From a virus (taxonomy: Duplodnaviria; Heunggongvirae; Uroviricota; Caudoviricetes): a stretch of 64,000 bases of DNA. Numbering within the stretch: the stretch's first letter is position 1; each line of letters opens with the position of its first letter. Positions 8,367 to 17,117 of this stretch are shown piece by piece. Below the pieces are notes generated by a model. The model did no database searches. It had not been told where the DNA came from and worked only from the letters and a program-made list of their open reading frames with translations. Location of the stretch: IMG/VR virus record IMGVR_UViG_3300003097_000006; one strand, given 5' to 3'. Position numbers and translations under genes: made by a program.

Positions 8367-10070
8367 TCAGAAGTTGGCTGTATCTTCGTCGTCTTCTTCG
8401 TCGTAACCTTCGTACTCTTCATCATCGTCTTCAAAAGAAGCACGACGTGGGGCCGGTTGAGGTACACTGCGGGAAGAGTAGAACTCACGATAGAGTTGAC
8501 GATGTTGATTCGGCAACTGACGAGGCACGAACCAGTCAGAGTCGAAGGTAATGCCGCGTTCACGACATTTCTCTTGCAACTCAGCCAACCATTCGAATGT
8601 AATTACATCCGGTGCTGAATCTGGGAACAACCACATACCGTCAGTATGTCGGCGCAATTCACGCTGAAGATGGTTGATATATGGGCTTTCAACCGTCACA
8701 CGCATTCTGCGAGATGTATCATCGGTTTCGTTACGAACGTTGTGAACGTAAACATTACGACGACGACACTTAGCCAGAGAAACCACATCGTGAGCCAGCT
8801 TATAACCAATCTCCATGTCTTGCTCAAAGTCCGGTAAGACTTTAGGCAGACCTTTGCGAATCGCTTGGTGAAGCGGAATCGTCATGAGATATTCGATGAA
8901 CGATGAATCATCGCCTTCGAAGTTCATTGCTAACTCTTTCAGCGAGAGGAAGCGGTTGACCAGGCGAATCAAACGACCTTTACGCCACTTCGCTTCACTG
9001 ATGCGGAACTCGATGGAACCGAAGCTCTGCATTGGAAGCAAGTTCAAGGACGTGTACTTGTCCCAGTTTGAAGCGATGCTACGCATGAAGTTCTGGTCGT
9101 CTTGTTCCCACGCACGAGCCAGAATAGCCAACTGGTCTTGGGCAAAGCCCAAAGCAACACAGAAGTTATTCTTGTAACGATGCCACCCTGAACATTTGAA
9201 CAGGATACGCTCGTAAACAATGTACGCCAGAATCATTCGCTTCAACTGAGGAGCAGTCATGTTACGAACGTCTACGTGGACATGAGTTGAACAACGCCAA
9301 GACTCATCCGGAGAGTTCGTGAACAAGAAGCTGTCGATTTCAATCGCAGCATTGTACAGGTCGCGTCCACCCCACGGAGATGAGCAGACAAATTCCATTC
9401 CGGAATTACGCAGAGAACCATCTGACTTAGCTTCCCAATACTGGAAGTTAGGGGGGTTGGAGGTCATGTTCTCCAATTCAATCTCAACCCCAGCGAGATT
9501 CTGACCCACAATCAGTGGGTGACTCTCAATTGTCGGATACGACGCTCGTTGTCCAAAAACCTGAGCAACAGTAACCATATTATTATCAACCTCTACGTTA
9601 CCAGATATGAAGTTTTCCTGATTAACACTTCCAAAGCTTCCGTTGCCTTGGCGAGGGTGGTCCTCATCAGACCAGTGGTAGACACCACTAACAGCACCAG
9701 GTGCATCATCAACCGGTTCTGTGTGAGCTGCTTGGAAGGGGTCAGAAGTTAGACTACCAGAACCCCCTCCAAAGGCGTGTGCAAATTGGGCATATCGACT
9801 GATTCCACCATTAGTACGTGAACGTGATGATACAGACTGAACTGTACGTTGACCGGATTCAGCTTCTGCTCTTGCACGTTCTTGACGTTCTCGGATTCGA
9901 GCTAAATCTCTGTCCCACATTGCCTGCCACTCATTTACCGCCCTTGTGGCATCTTCTGTTGGTGGAGCAGGTGGTGGAGCAGAAGCCTCACGGGCCTCTG
10001 CTTCTAAACGATTCCGGTCATTTTCAGACCGGATATGAGCCATTAACTCGTCGAAACTACGGTTTGGCAT
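8367..10070 (-). CDS. glutamine-synthetase-fold amidoligase (Amidoligase_2-like) with low-complexity N-terminus and acidic C-terminal tail
   Basis: Motifs VEIELENM, SGMEFVCSSP, THVHVDV and GSIEFRISEAKWRKGR give the Glu/Glu, HxH and ExR constellation of GS-like/GCS2 amidoligases. The protein is 567 aa. Confidence 0.6.
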   Translation of the reverse strand: MPNRSFDELMAHIRSENDRNRLEAEAREASAPPPAPPTEDATRAVNEWQAMWDRDLARIRERQERARAEAESGQRTVQSVSSRSRTNGGISRYAQFAHAFGGGSGSLTSDPFQAAHTEPVDDAPGAVSGVYHWSDEDHPRQGNGSFGSVNQENFISGNVEVDNNMVTVAQVFGQRASYPTIESHPLIVGQNLAGVEIELENMTSNPPNFQYWEAKSDGSLRNSGMEFVCSSPWGGRDLYNAAIEIDSFLFTNSPDESWRCSTHVHVDVRNMTAPQLKRMILAYIVYERILFKCSGWHRYKNNFCVALGFAQDQLAILARAWEQDDQNFMRSIASNWDKYTSLNLLPMQSFGSIEFRISEAKWRKGRLIRLVNRFLSLKELAMNFEGDDSSFIEYLMTIPLHQAIRKGLPKVLPDFEQDMEIGYKLAHDVVSLAKCRRRNVYVHNVRNETDDTSRRMRVTVESPYINHLQRELRRHTDGMWLFPDSAPDVITFEWLAELQEKCRERGITFDSDWFVPRQLPNQHRQLYREFYSSRSVPQPAPRRASFEDDDEEYEGYDEEDDEDTANF

Positions 10071-10648
10071 TCTGGGTACTCCTGACTCACTGAACGAAGC
10101 AAATGAGCCGCCTCTGGGAACAGCTCAATGCCTTCCCCGACGAACTTACCGATGTACACGTCTTTATAACGCAAATCATCATCAGTTTTGAGGAAGACGT
10201 TGCCAGACACTTCAGGATACTTGTGCTCACTAAAGAACTCAGCGATTGTATCCCAATCGAACACTGGCATTCCGCAAACACGGCGACTTGTCAGACCTTT
10301 CTTGGTCGAACGATTCGCACGATACGAAACCCAATAATAACGATTACGCCACTTAATGTAGCGAGAGTCTGGAAGTTCCAGAACCAACTTCTCGTCAGTG
10401 TGAGGAACTGAACGGTTTTCGTAATTACCGTTCGGATAACGAACTGTTCCGTGGAACACCAGAGCATCCAGTGCATCATCAGAGAAACCTAAAGTCTCAC
10501 GGTCAGATGCACTCATTGCTCGCAGGTTCATCACATTGTTATCGTGAGTTACCGCTTCAATTTGAAACGGCAACAAACCATGTTCAGGGTCACGATAACC
10601 GACGTAAGTCGAACAGTAATACATTCCGAAATCGTCGGATAAAGCCAT
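10043..10648 (-). CDS. hypothetical protein (201 aa) located between the two amidoligase paralogs
   Basis: Minus-strand ORF with no recognisable motif. Its position suggests it belongs to the ligase cluster. Confidence 0.55.
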   Translation of the reverse strand: MALSDDFGMYYCSTYVGYRDPEHGLLPFQIEAVTHDNNVMNLRAMSASDRETLGFSDDALDALVFHGTVRYPNGNYENRSVPHTDEKLVLELPDSRYIKWRNRYYWVSYRANRSTKKGLTSRRVCGMPVFDWDTIAEFFSEHKYPEVSGNVFLKTDDDLRYKDVYIGKFVGEGIELFPEAAHLLRSVSQEYPECQTVVSTS

Positions 10649-10658
10649 CTTGTGCTCC

Positions 10659-11462
10659 TTAGCAGATGTTCAACATACGGATGAACTGTTCCGCCATGTG
10701 TTTGTCGTTGTTGTTGATTGCCTTCTGAATATCTTCAGGGTTAACAATCGACACCATCTCCATGTAATCACCCTGAGACATGTCGAACGCTTTATGAGCC
10801 TGTTCCCAAGCCCAGCGACGATTATCGTCATTGGCAATCCAGAAGTTAGACAGAACACGATATTCAATACCGTACTCTTTGAAACGGCAAGCACCCGCTT
10901 TGCCATACAGCTCTTTACGACGGTCGTCGCCGTCCAGAAGAAGTGCAGGCAGACCCAGATAGTAATCACACATTACACCCATAACCTTCTGAAGTTCAGA
11001 GGTTACAGGAACCACACCGCTTACGCCAATGTGAATGTGACCACCTGCTGTACGGAGGCCTGGGTCAGCAGCAGCCGGTTTAGGGTTACGCATACCGGTC
11101 AGAGCATTGTAATCCGGCTCACAACCGAATACGAATGCATCTTTGTGGAATGATAATAACTCTTCCGGCGTGAAGATGTGAGAACTCACACCGAGAATAA
11201 CTTCGTGACCAACTTCTGCAACAGCCTCTTGACATAAGTCAATGCCGCGCTTAATGTTGTCATTGAAGCCGTCAAAATCACCATGCGGGTTGGTATCAAA
11301 CTCAACCAGCACGTTATCTTCCTGAATACGAATGTCGTCCGTGACTACCTTTTTGTTGTACTTGTCCGCTCCCAGCAGACCTGCAACTGAACTGATAAGG
11401 TTGCTGCTCACATTACGGGTGAACAGTTCAGGGTCAGTTGCCAACAAAATGACTTTAGACAT
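10659..11462 (-). CDS. second glutamine-synthetase-fold amidoligase paralog (267 aa)
   Basis: VLVEFDTNPHGDFDG, GGHIHIG and EYGIEYRVL reproduce the E-x-E, HxH and E-x-R pattern of GS-like amidoligases. Confidence 0.55.
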   Translation of the reverse strand: MSKVILLATDPELFTRNVSSNLISSVAGLLGADKYNKKVVTDDIRIQEDNVLVEFDTNPHGDFDGFNDNIKRGIDLCQEAVAEVGHEVILGVSSHIFTPEELLSFHKDAFVFGCEPDYNALTGMRNPKPAAADPGLRTAGGHIHIGVSGVVPVTSELQKVMGVMCDYYLGLPALLLDGDDRRKELYGKAGACRFKEYGIEYRVLSNFWIANDDNRRWAWEQAHKAFDMSQGDYMEMVSIVNPEDIQKAINNNDKHMAEQFIRMLNIC

Positions 11463-11476
11463 TTCTATATCCTTAA

Positions 11477-12550
11477 TTAAAGACGTGGTGGAATGTTGTT
11501 ATCGGTACAGAATTGAGCAAGACGCTCAATAAGAAGCTCAGCCTTCTCATCGCTTAAGCTCTCCTGTAGATATGTGATATCATCTAAGAAAAACTTAAAC
11601 CCAAGAACACTGTTCCATTGTTGAATTTCTTCATCAATGGGAACATCCCCCGGAATACTGAACACGTCAATCATGTGCCAATATTTACGAGGACACATTG
11701 GTACTCGGTCTTCACGACCCCAGTTTTGAAGCTCAGCAGCAACATCACGGCTCTTTGTCGTGAAGTTCCAAAGGAACCCTTCATAACGTTCGTCGAACCA
11801 GATTTCGTTTCTGCGGAACCATTCTTCGCGGAAGTAGCCTTTAGACTCACTCCACTTGTGCTGCTTCCACCGGAAAGCTTCCAGATTCTGACCCATAAGG
11901 TTCAGGAACCCTTGACGACCCAGTGTATCAGGACTACACCAGTTATACTCACCGGTTTGTGTGTTCTGAATTACAGCTTTAGGAGCACGACCGAAAGTAC
12001 CTGGCATCACATCAATGTAAACCATGTGCGCCACAACAGCCGCGAAACGAGGACGATAACCTTTGTTCAGTAACCAACGATAACCCATTGCGAAGTTACC
12101 GTATTGAGCCAAGTTACGGAAAAGGTAGAGAGCCAACATGATTTGGTCGGCAGTGTGGTCTTTGATATGCACACGAATGCCGCCGATGAGGGGGTGGACA
12201 GTCACAAGACCTGCCAACATTGGCAAGTCTTCAACCAAATCCTTCATCATGTTCAGAAAGTTACGGTTTGCGGTTTTACGAGCATCGGTTCGAGATACGT
12301 CGCTAGGCCAGTCACGAGTCGAGTAATCAGACTGGTCGTAGCACCAAATTGGATGAATCCCATGAAGAGAGTCATACAAAATGAATGCATGGTCAGAGCC
12401 ATCACGGTCTAACAGACTGTGTACGTTGCTTCCAGAGAAGCTGAACGGTCTCTGCTCATGCCAACGGGCGTTTCCCATAACCCCGAAGCAAATGGATTCG
12501 TTTGAAAAACGGTTCCCATCCTTGAAAACCACACTGTAACGTACTGACAT
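11477..12550 (-). CDS. hypothetical protein (357 aa)
   Basis: Minus-strand ORF, Trp-rich, no recognisable motif. Confidence 0.55.
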   Translation of the reverse strand: MSVRYSVVFKDGNRFSNESICFGVMGNARWHEQRPFSFSGSNVHSLLDRDGSDHAFILYDSLHGIHPIWCYDQSDYSTRDWPSDVSRTDARKTANRNFLNMMKDLVEDLPMLAGLVTVHPLIGGIRVHIKDHTADQIMLALYLFRNLAQYGNFAMGYRWLLNKGYRPRFAAVVAHMVYIDVMPGTFGRAPKAVIQNTQTGEYNWCSPDTLGRQGFLNLMGQNLEAFRWKQHKWSESKGYFREEWFRRNEIWFDERYEGFLWNFTTKSRDVAAELQNWGREDRVPMCPRKYWHMIDVFSIPGDVPIDEEIQQWNSVLGFKFFLDDITYLQESLSDEKAELLIERLAQFCTDNNIPPRL

Positions 12551-12551
12551 T

Positions 12552-13463
12552 TTATTCCCCTTTATTATCTTTCAGTACTTTCTCCCACACCGCCTGAGCA
12601 AGCTTCAGGAATTCACTTTCAACAAAGCGATGATGGTTTCCAAAACTGTTGTTGATAGTCAACAGTTCAGTTTTATCCCAATCTTCCGGGATGTTTTCCA
12701 GAGACGTTAACATCGTTGTATCAGTCAGAGTACAACGACGACCGGTACGTGGGTTAACTGGAGCAGAACCATCCCCGTAGTTACCATAACGACCGTAACC
12801 CTGCTCTGTATCACCGAACACGCCTTGATAGATTTTACCTAATCCACCTTCCATCATGTTGATGAGGTCAGCAACGGTTACTTCGTCACCGAATACACAT
12901 TCATCTCCACCCTGACCTTGCCAGAACGAGTATTCGGATGAACCGAAGCTCTTATTGCACTGATAGGTCATTGCCATGACGAACGAGAATGGAACATCGA
13001 AACCGGCAGTACGCAGAATCATGTACGAGTTCCCGAATGAGCTGTACTCAATCAGGTTACGCAGCATCATTGCGCCCATCACAGTAGTCTGCATGTTTTG
13101 GTCAGCCAGTGGAATATAAATATCACCGGTATCAAAACCGCCAAGTTCCAGACCTGGATAACTCTCATCTTCATCCAGAATCTTAAACCCACTGAAATAC
13201 TGAGGGAATGCTGCCAGAATTTCTGGAAGCTCCTGATTAATCAGCTGAGTTCCATCGCACCCAGATGGGCCAGGTGACCAAACCATATGGCTCAATTCAC
13301 CAGATGAGAAACCACTGAGAGGACCGGCTACATACTCGTCCTCTTCGTCATCCCATTGTTCGTTATCTTCATCCCACTGTTCGATGTAGGATAAAAATCC
13401 AAAGCAAGGTTTTGAAAACTCTTCACTTGCACCTCGCTTATTAAACACCGTAGCCATTACCAT
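12552..13463 (-). CDS. hypothetical protein (303 aa), acidic N-terminus
   Basis: Minus-strand ORF, Gly/Tyr-rich, no recognisable motif. Confidence 0.55.
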   Translation of the reverse strand: MVMATVFNKRGASEEFSKPCFGFLSYIEQWDEDNEQWDDEEDEYVAGPLSGFSSGELSHMVWSPGPSGCDGTQLINQELPEILAAFPQYFSGFKILDEDESYPGLELGGFDTGDIYIPLADQNMQTTVMGAMMLRNLIEYSSFGNSYMILRTAGFDVPFSFVMAMTYQCNKSFGSSEYSFWQGQGGDECVFGDEVTVADLINMMEGGLGKIYQGVFGDTEQGYGRYGNYGDGSAPVNPRTGRRCTLTDTTMLTSLENIPEDWDKTELLTINNSFGNHHRFVESEFLKLAQAVWEKVLKDNKGE

Positions 13464-13540
13464 TGTATTGTTACCTCTTTAGTAAGATTCATCAAGAGCC
13501 CCTCCCGAGGGGAGAGGCGCTTTGAGTATCCGACTAATTA

Positions 13541-13936
13541 TTAGTTAGCCGCTTCTTTTGCTTTGGCTTCTTCCCAAGCCGCATCAAGCGCCAGGACTTT
13601 ACCAGTCTGCGCATCGATGAATTGGGACATCTGAACACGATGGAATTTGTATTGCAGCGCGTCGGCCATCAGTTCGGTATACTGCTGGGCCAGGAAGCTA
13701 CGAGCCGCTACCAGCGCTTTCTGAGAATGACCACCTTTACCTTCACGGATTTTCAGGTTCAGGTCACGCAGGTTTTCGGAGATGATTTTACGCAGCACTT
13801 TTGCAGCGGTGGTTTCGACGTTGAAACGGAAACGGTCGCGGCGGGCACGGGTCAGGATGGAACCTTCGGATTTAACAACTTCGCCCAGAGCGATTGCAGC
13901 AGTGATTACGATTTTGGAAGTAGTGGTAGTAGTCAT
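13541..13936 (-). CDS. hypothetical protein (131 aa)
   Basis: Minus-strand ORF. A GC-rich hairpin lies downstream at about 13494-13512. Confidence 0.55.
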   Translation of the reverse strand: MTTTTTSKIVITAAIALGEVVKSEGSILTRARRDRFRFNVETTAAKVLRKIISENLRDLNLKIREGKGGHSQKALVAARSFLAQQYTELMADALQYKFHRVQMSQFIDAQTGKVLALDAAWEEAKAKEAAN

Positions 13937-14011
13937 GGTTAAATACCTTTTATCGATTTGACTTGGATTGGGAAGATTTTACTACAGTTTCAAACTGGTA
14001 CTGCCGGGTGA

Positions 14012-14209
14012 TTAGCCCAGCAGGTTGTCAAAGAAAGCTTTTACTTTGGAGATTTTAGCGCCTTCGGCTTCGCACTCAGCGACTTGCTTCTGAGCTTTTT
14101 CAAGCTCCGCATTGTTGAAGTCTTCCGCAGCTTGCAGTTCTTCCTGCGCTTTGGTGAAGGTCTTCATTGCTGAAGCGAAGGTTGGTTTACCGGTGATAGC
14201 TGTCAACAT
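14012..14209 (-). CDS. hypothetical protein (65 aa)
   Basis: Minus-strand ORF. Confidence 0.45.
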   Translation of the reverse strand: MLTAITGKPTFASAMKTFTKAQEELQAAEDFNNAELEKAQKQVAECEAEGAKISKVKAFFDNLLG

Positions 14210-14221
14210 TGGTGAATCCTC

Positions 14222-14479
14222 TTAGATTTTAGCGTTAAGTTCGACGACTGATGCCGCCTGGAAGGTTGATTGTGATGTGATGTGAGGCTGCACAACAACA
14301 CCATTGCTCAAGTCAACTAAGCTGAAGGTAGAAGAATGAGAACCTTCAAACTTAATCTTCATGAACATTGTTTCTGTCAGGATTGTATCCTGAGCTGTTT
14401 TCATGCGGACAACTTGTCCACATCCTACATCTGAAAAACTAACCCAGGGGTTTCCCCCTGAATTAATAGTTACTTTCAT
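14222..14479 (-). CDS. hypothetical protein (85 aa)
   Basis: Minus-strand ORF. Confidence 0.45.
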   Translation of the reverse strand: MKVTINSGGNPWVSFSDVGCGQVVRMKTAQDTILTETMFMKIKFEGSHSSTFSLVDLSNGVVVQPHITSQSTFQAASVVELNAKI

Positions 14480-14483
14480 AGTC

Positions 14484-14972
14484 CTATTCTCTTAAGAAGT
14501 AATGGTTACCGTACTTGTAAGCACGTTTACCTTTAGCCCAATAGGGTCTGTCGCTCCCACTGTAGAAGTGAACAAACTTGTACTTGGGAATGTAACCGGG
14601 CTTCATTACTTTGTACGCAACTTGAGCAGCTTGGAAATACGCATGACGTTCCTTGTCACCAAACTTTCGTTCAGCGAACAGCTTCTCTTGATAACGTATC
14701 AAACCATTGAAGTCTTTGGATTTAAGGCGTTTAGTCCAGTTAAACTGGTTGGACTGTAGAACAACTTTGCAAACGTCATTCGGGTACTTTTCGTTATGAA
14801 CACGAGTTATCACTGTATCAGCGACAATCTCCATGCCCTTAGTACCTTCGCCTCCGGCCTCCGTGTAAATGTTAAGGGTGAGTGCTAACCAGCACACTAA
14901 AAAGCTCATCGGGGATTGACTCTCCTTATAGCCGCCATTGAGTTTAAAAAAGGACTCTGTTTCCAGAGCCAA
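14484..14972 (-). CDS. cell-wall hydrolase (SleB/Hydrolase_2-like); candidate endolysin with N-terminal hydrophobic (possible signal-anchor-release) segment
   Basis: TEAGGEGTKGMEIVADTVITRVHNEKYPNDVCKVVLQSNQFNWT matches the conserved block of the SleB family (EAxGE...NRV...VVxQxxQFS). The N-terminus MSFLVCWLALTLNIYT is hydrophobic. Confidence 0.6.
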   Translation of the reverse strand: MALETESFFKLNGGYKESQSPMSFLVCWLALTLNIYTEAGGEGTKGMEIVADTVITRVHNEKYPNDVCKVVLQSNQFNWTKRLKSKDFNGLIRYQEKLFAERKFGDKERHAYFQAAQVAYKVMKPGYIPKYKFVHFYSGSDRPYWAKGKRAYKYGNHYFLRE

Positions 14973-15153
14973 ACTTTAAAGCCAATGTAAACTGTGGATA
15001 ACCTGTTCTTTTACTCTATTCGGCGGATGTTCGAGCATTTGCTCTCCCTAGCACCGAAGCCATACGGCAATTGTTTAAAAGAATAGGTTAGTGAGTTACC
15101 CTGTTAAAATAACTCCAATAGCCCTCTCGTAAGAAGGCTATAAGTGTTACTTA

Positions 15154-15390
15154 TTAGAAAGTTACAGTGGCCTCTGGCCAAGGCATAACTTTTTGAATAC
15201 CCTCAAACCAATGAGGGTTACCATTGGCTAAAGAGATGCAGTTAACATTATATTGAACTTCATCTTCTTCAATTCTAACCAAAGGTTCAGTTTTTAAATA
15301 GGTTGAAGTAGAGCCATCAACTGTAAAAACTTCTCCACACTGAACCTCTTTAAACTCAACCCGGGTTTTGGGTTTTGGTGATATTTTCAT
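15154..15390 (-). CDS. hypothetical protein (78 aa)
   Basis: Minus-strand ORF. Confidence 0.4.
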   Translation of the reverse strand: MKISPKPKTRVEFKEVQCGEVFTVDGSTSTYLKTEPLVRIEEDEVQYNVNCISLANGNPHWFEGIQKVMPWPEATVTF

Positions 15391-15839
15391 TCAACCTCCA
15401 TACGAGGGCAGTATTTATCTTTGTAACCCTGCCACATGGCAGACACCCAACCTTGCTTCTTGGTCTTTGGTTTCTTGTCACGATACAGCAAACGTTGGAA
15501 CCCAGTAACCAATTTGGAAATGCACCAAGCCACTGAAAAGAATGCCGCAACTAAAGATGCAACAAAAGCAGCACCAGCGAAAGGTGCAGCAAAGTATTTC
15601 CAGGTTGGGATTAATTCCCAATGGTCGCCAAAATTATCCATCTCTTGCAACGGAACAGTTCCCACAAGAGAGGCAGCAGCAATCAGGAATGAACCCAAAA
15701 GCGCAATGAGAAAGAAGTGCTTAACAGTTTTCCAGAAGTATGGGCAAAAATTAGTCTGTTCATCCCACCACCAACCCGGTTGGTCTGACACTGATTTGTT
15801 GAATCGATGAATCCAACTGTTCTTATTGATTTTAATCAT
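15387..15839 (-). CDS. membrane protein with 2 predicted transmembrane helices (start trimmed to the internal Met MIKINK)
   Basis: Hydrophobic segments FFLIALLGSFLIAAASLVG and AAPFAGAAFVASLVAAFFSVAW. The ORF track start at 15956 would overlap the upstream gene by about 120 nt. Confidence 0.45.
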   Translation of the reverse strand: MIKINKNSWIHRFNKSVSDQPGWWWDEQTNFCPYFWKTVKHFFLIALLGSFLIAAASLVGTVPLQEMDNFGDHWELIPTWKYFAAPFAGAAFVASLVAAFFSVAWCISKLVTGFQRLLYRDKKPKTKKQGWVSAMWQGYKDKYCPRMEVE

Positions 15840-16065
15840 CTTCAAAGTGCTCCATCTTATATGTTGCACGAACACGTTGCATGTTCTTACCGCTGTATGC
15901 CTCGCGCTTCTCAACGCACTCTTCAGAGTTCTTTGCATACACTGGATAGTCTTCATAGTTGAAGGTATCAGTTACAACAATTAAGAACTCAGAACCTTGA
16001 GCCTTGCCACGAAGAATCCAGTCACGTAGTTCGCCACGATGGGGAAGTGGAAATTTACCTTTCAT
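15832..16065 (-). CDS. hypothetical protein (77 aa), start at the internal ATG downstream of the promoter-like box
   Basis: The track ORF 15832..16095 reads through the conserved box. ATG 16063-16065 is preceded by an AGAGG ribosome-binding site and by the box at 16073-16093. Confidence 0.5.
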   Translation of the reverse strand: MKGKFPLPHRGELRDWILRGKAQGSEFLIVVTDTFNYEDYPVYAKNSEECVEKREAYSGKNMQRVRATYKMEHFEDD

Positions 16066-16072
16066 AGAACCT

Positions 16073-16093
16073 CTTATATTATGTGGATTTACC
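16073..16093 (-). promoter_or_regulatory. conserved promoter-like box, copy 2 (GGTAAATCCACATAATATAAG on the minus strand)
   Basis: Identical core to the box at 3094. It lies immediately upstream of the ribosome-binding site and ATG of gene 15832..16065. Confidence 0.5.
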
Positions 16094-16264
16094 AAAGACG
16101 TAATTGTTTACCTCTTCAATGCTCCTGGTTTCTAATACTGTTCTCCAATCAAAGCAACGACCATACCCTCTTCTGTCGTCACCATCCATCCACTTTTGCA
16201 CATGGAATAGAGTTAGATGTTCATGTTGTAAAACACGAACACCATCTCCCGAATATATTAACAC
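16079..16264 (-). CDS. hypothetical small protein (61 aa, GTG start)
   Basis: A strong AGGAGGT Shine-Dalgarno sequence sits 7 nt upstream of GTG 16262-16264. It is in frame with the C-terminal part of the track ORF 16079..16354, and its stop lies inside the promoter-like box. Confidence 0.4.
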   Translation of the reverse strand: MLIYSGDGVRVLQHEHLTLFHVQKWMDGDDRRGYGRCFDWRTVLETRSIEEVNNYVFGKST

Positions 16265-16274
16265 TGTTGACCTC

Positions 16275-16448
16275 CTACTTATTGCAAGCCCAGAACGCAC
16301 CCTGAAGCGCTGCAAAGATGCCACCAACGAATGCCATACCCAGTGCATTGTCACCAGACCGGCACAGTAGTAAGATGAAAACGAAGATAAGAGTAAGCAG
16401 GAATGTAATCACTGCACTATAACCAAACAAACGACAAGCAGTTATCAT
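16275..16448 (-). CDS. small hydrophobic membrane protein (57 aa); candidate holin or lysis accessory
   Basis: ATG 16446-16448 overlaps the stop of the upstream HTH gene in an ATGA arrangement. The translation MITACRLFGYSAVITFLLTLIFVFILLLCRSGDNALGMAFVGGIFAALQGAFWACNK contains two hydrophobic stretches. It is below the 60-aa track cutoff. Confidence 0.4.
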   Translation of the reverse strand: MITACRLFGYSAVITFLLTLIFVFILLLCRSGDNALGMAFVGGIFAALQGAFWACNK

Positions 16449-16759
16449 TTCTTTCTAAGCCTCAGTGACACATCAAGTACATAACAAGCATGGTATGAAA
16501 GAGAAGCAAGGGAGCGACCCAGTTTTTTAGCCATAGTAGCTCTTGACATACGACCTGCCCAACGACGGACATAAGCCTCTTCTTCTTTTGTCCACACTTT
16601 CTTGTGGTAGGCAATCGAGATTCCATAATTGGAAGCCGTCCGCTTAATTGTTTTAACAGTTACCCCGAAGTGTTTAGCAATCGTCTCGACTGAAACCTTC
16701 GTGCCCATCTCGGTCAGTTCATCCAACCGTTCATCAGTCCAGAATTTTTTACGACCCAT
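16445..16759 (-). CDS. helix-turn-helix DNA-binding protein (about 104 aa)
   Basis: VSVETIAKHFGVTVKTIKRTASNYGIS is HTH-like. ATG 16757-16759 has an AGAGGTGG ribosome-binding site; the track start 16765 is GTG. Confidence 0.55.
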   Translation of the reverse strand: MGRKKFWTDERLDELTEMGTKVSVETIAKHFGVTVKTIKRTASNYGISIAYHKKVWTKEEEAYVRRWAGRMSRATMAKKLGRSLASLSYHACYVLDVSLRLRKK

Positions 16760-16781
16760 AACCACCTCTAACGATTTAATA

Positions 16782-16803
16782 AAGGGCTCCCTAAGGAACC
16801 CTT
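16782..16803 (-). other. conserved hairpin, copy 1 (AAGGGTTCCTTAGGGAGCCCTT on the minus strand)
   Basis: An 8-bp stem with a 6-nt loop. A near-identical sequence occurs at 25625-25646. No U-tract follows. Confidence 0.4.
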
Positions 16804-16895
16804 GATAAACATTCAGAGAGAGTCTACATCAAAGGCCACCAAAAGCACGATACCGAATGCGATACATGCTAATGTTAAAAGCAAGCCCCAATCCA

Positions 16896-17117
16896 TCACC
16901 CCTCCTTAGAAACACTTCCAGAAAATTTAACCTTGAAGTATTTCTTCAAATGCTCCACAGACATATACGCCAGCACAACATCAATGCCAGCACCCAGCAC
17001 TGATGCGTTGCGTACATCGTAGATAAACAGGAAGAACAGAATAACTAAAAACACCATATGTGCATACGGTGTATTCAGAAAGTCTGCAACCTTATTCAGC
17101 TTTGACTTAAAGCTCAA
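16896..17117 (-). CDS. small membrane protein (73 aa)
   Basis: Hydrophobic segment HMVFLVILFFLFIY. Its start overlaps the NAMPT stop. Confidence 0.45.
   Translation of the reverse strand: MSFKSKLNKVADFLNTPYAHMVFLVILFFLFIYDVRNASVLGAGIDVVLAYMSVEHLKKYFKVKFSGSVSKEG

Noticed and set aside
13494-13512. GC-rich hairpin CTCCC-GAG-GGGAG as an intrinsic terminator
   Set aside because: The stem is only 5-6 bp and is not followed by a U-tract on either strand. It is at most a weak processing or pausing site.
14992-15000. Perfect DnaA-box 9-mer TGTGGATAA in the intergenic region after the hydrolase gene
   Set aside because: A single isolated copy with no cluster or AT-rich unwinding element. It is compatible with chance.
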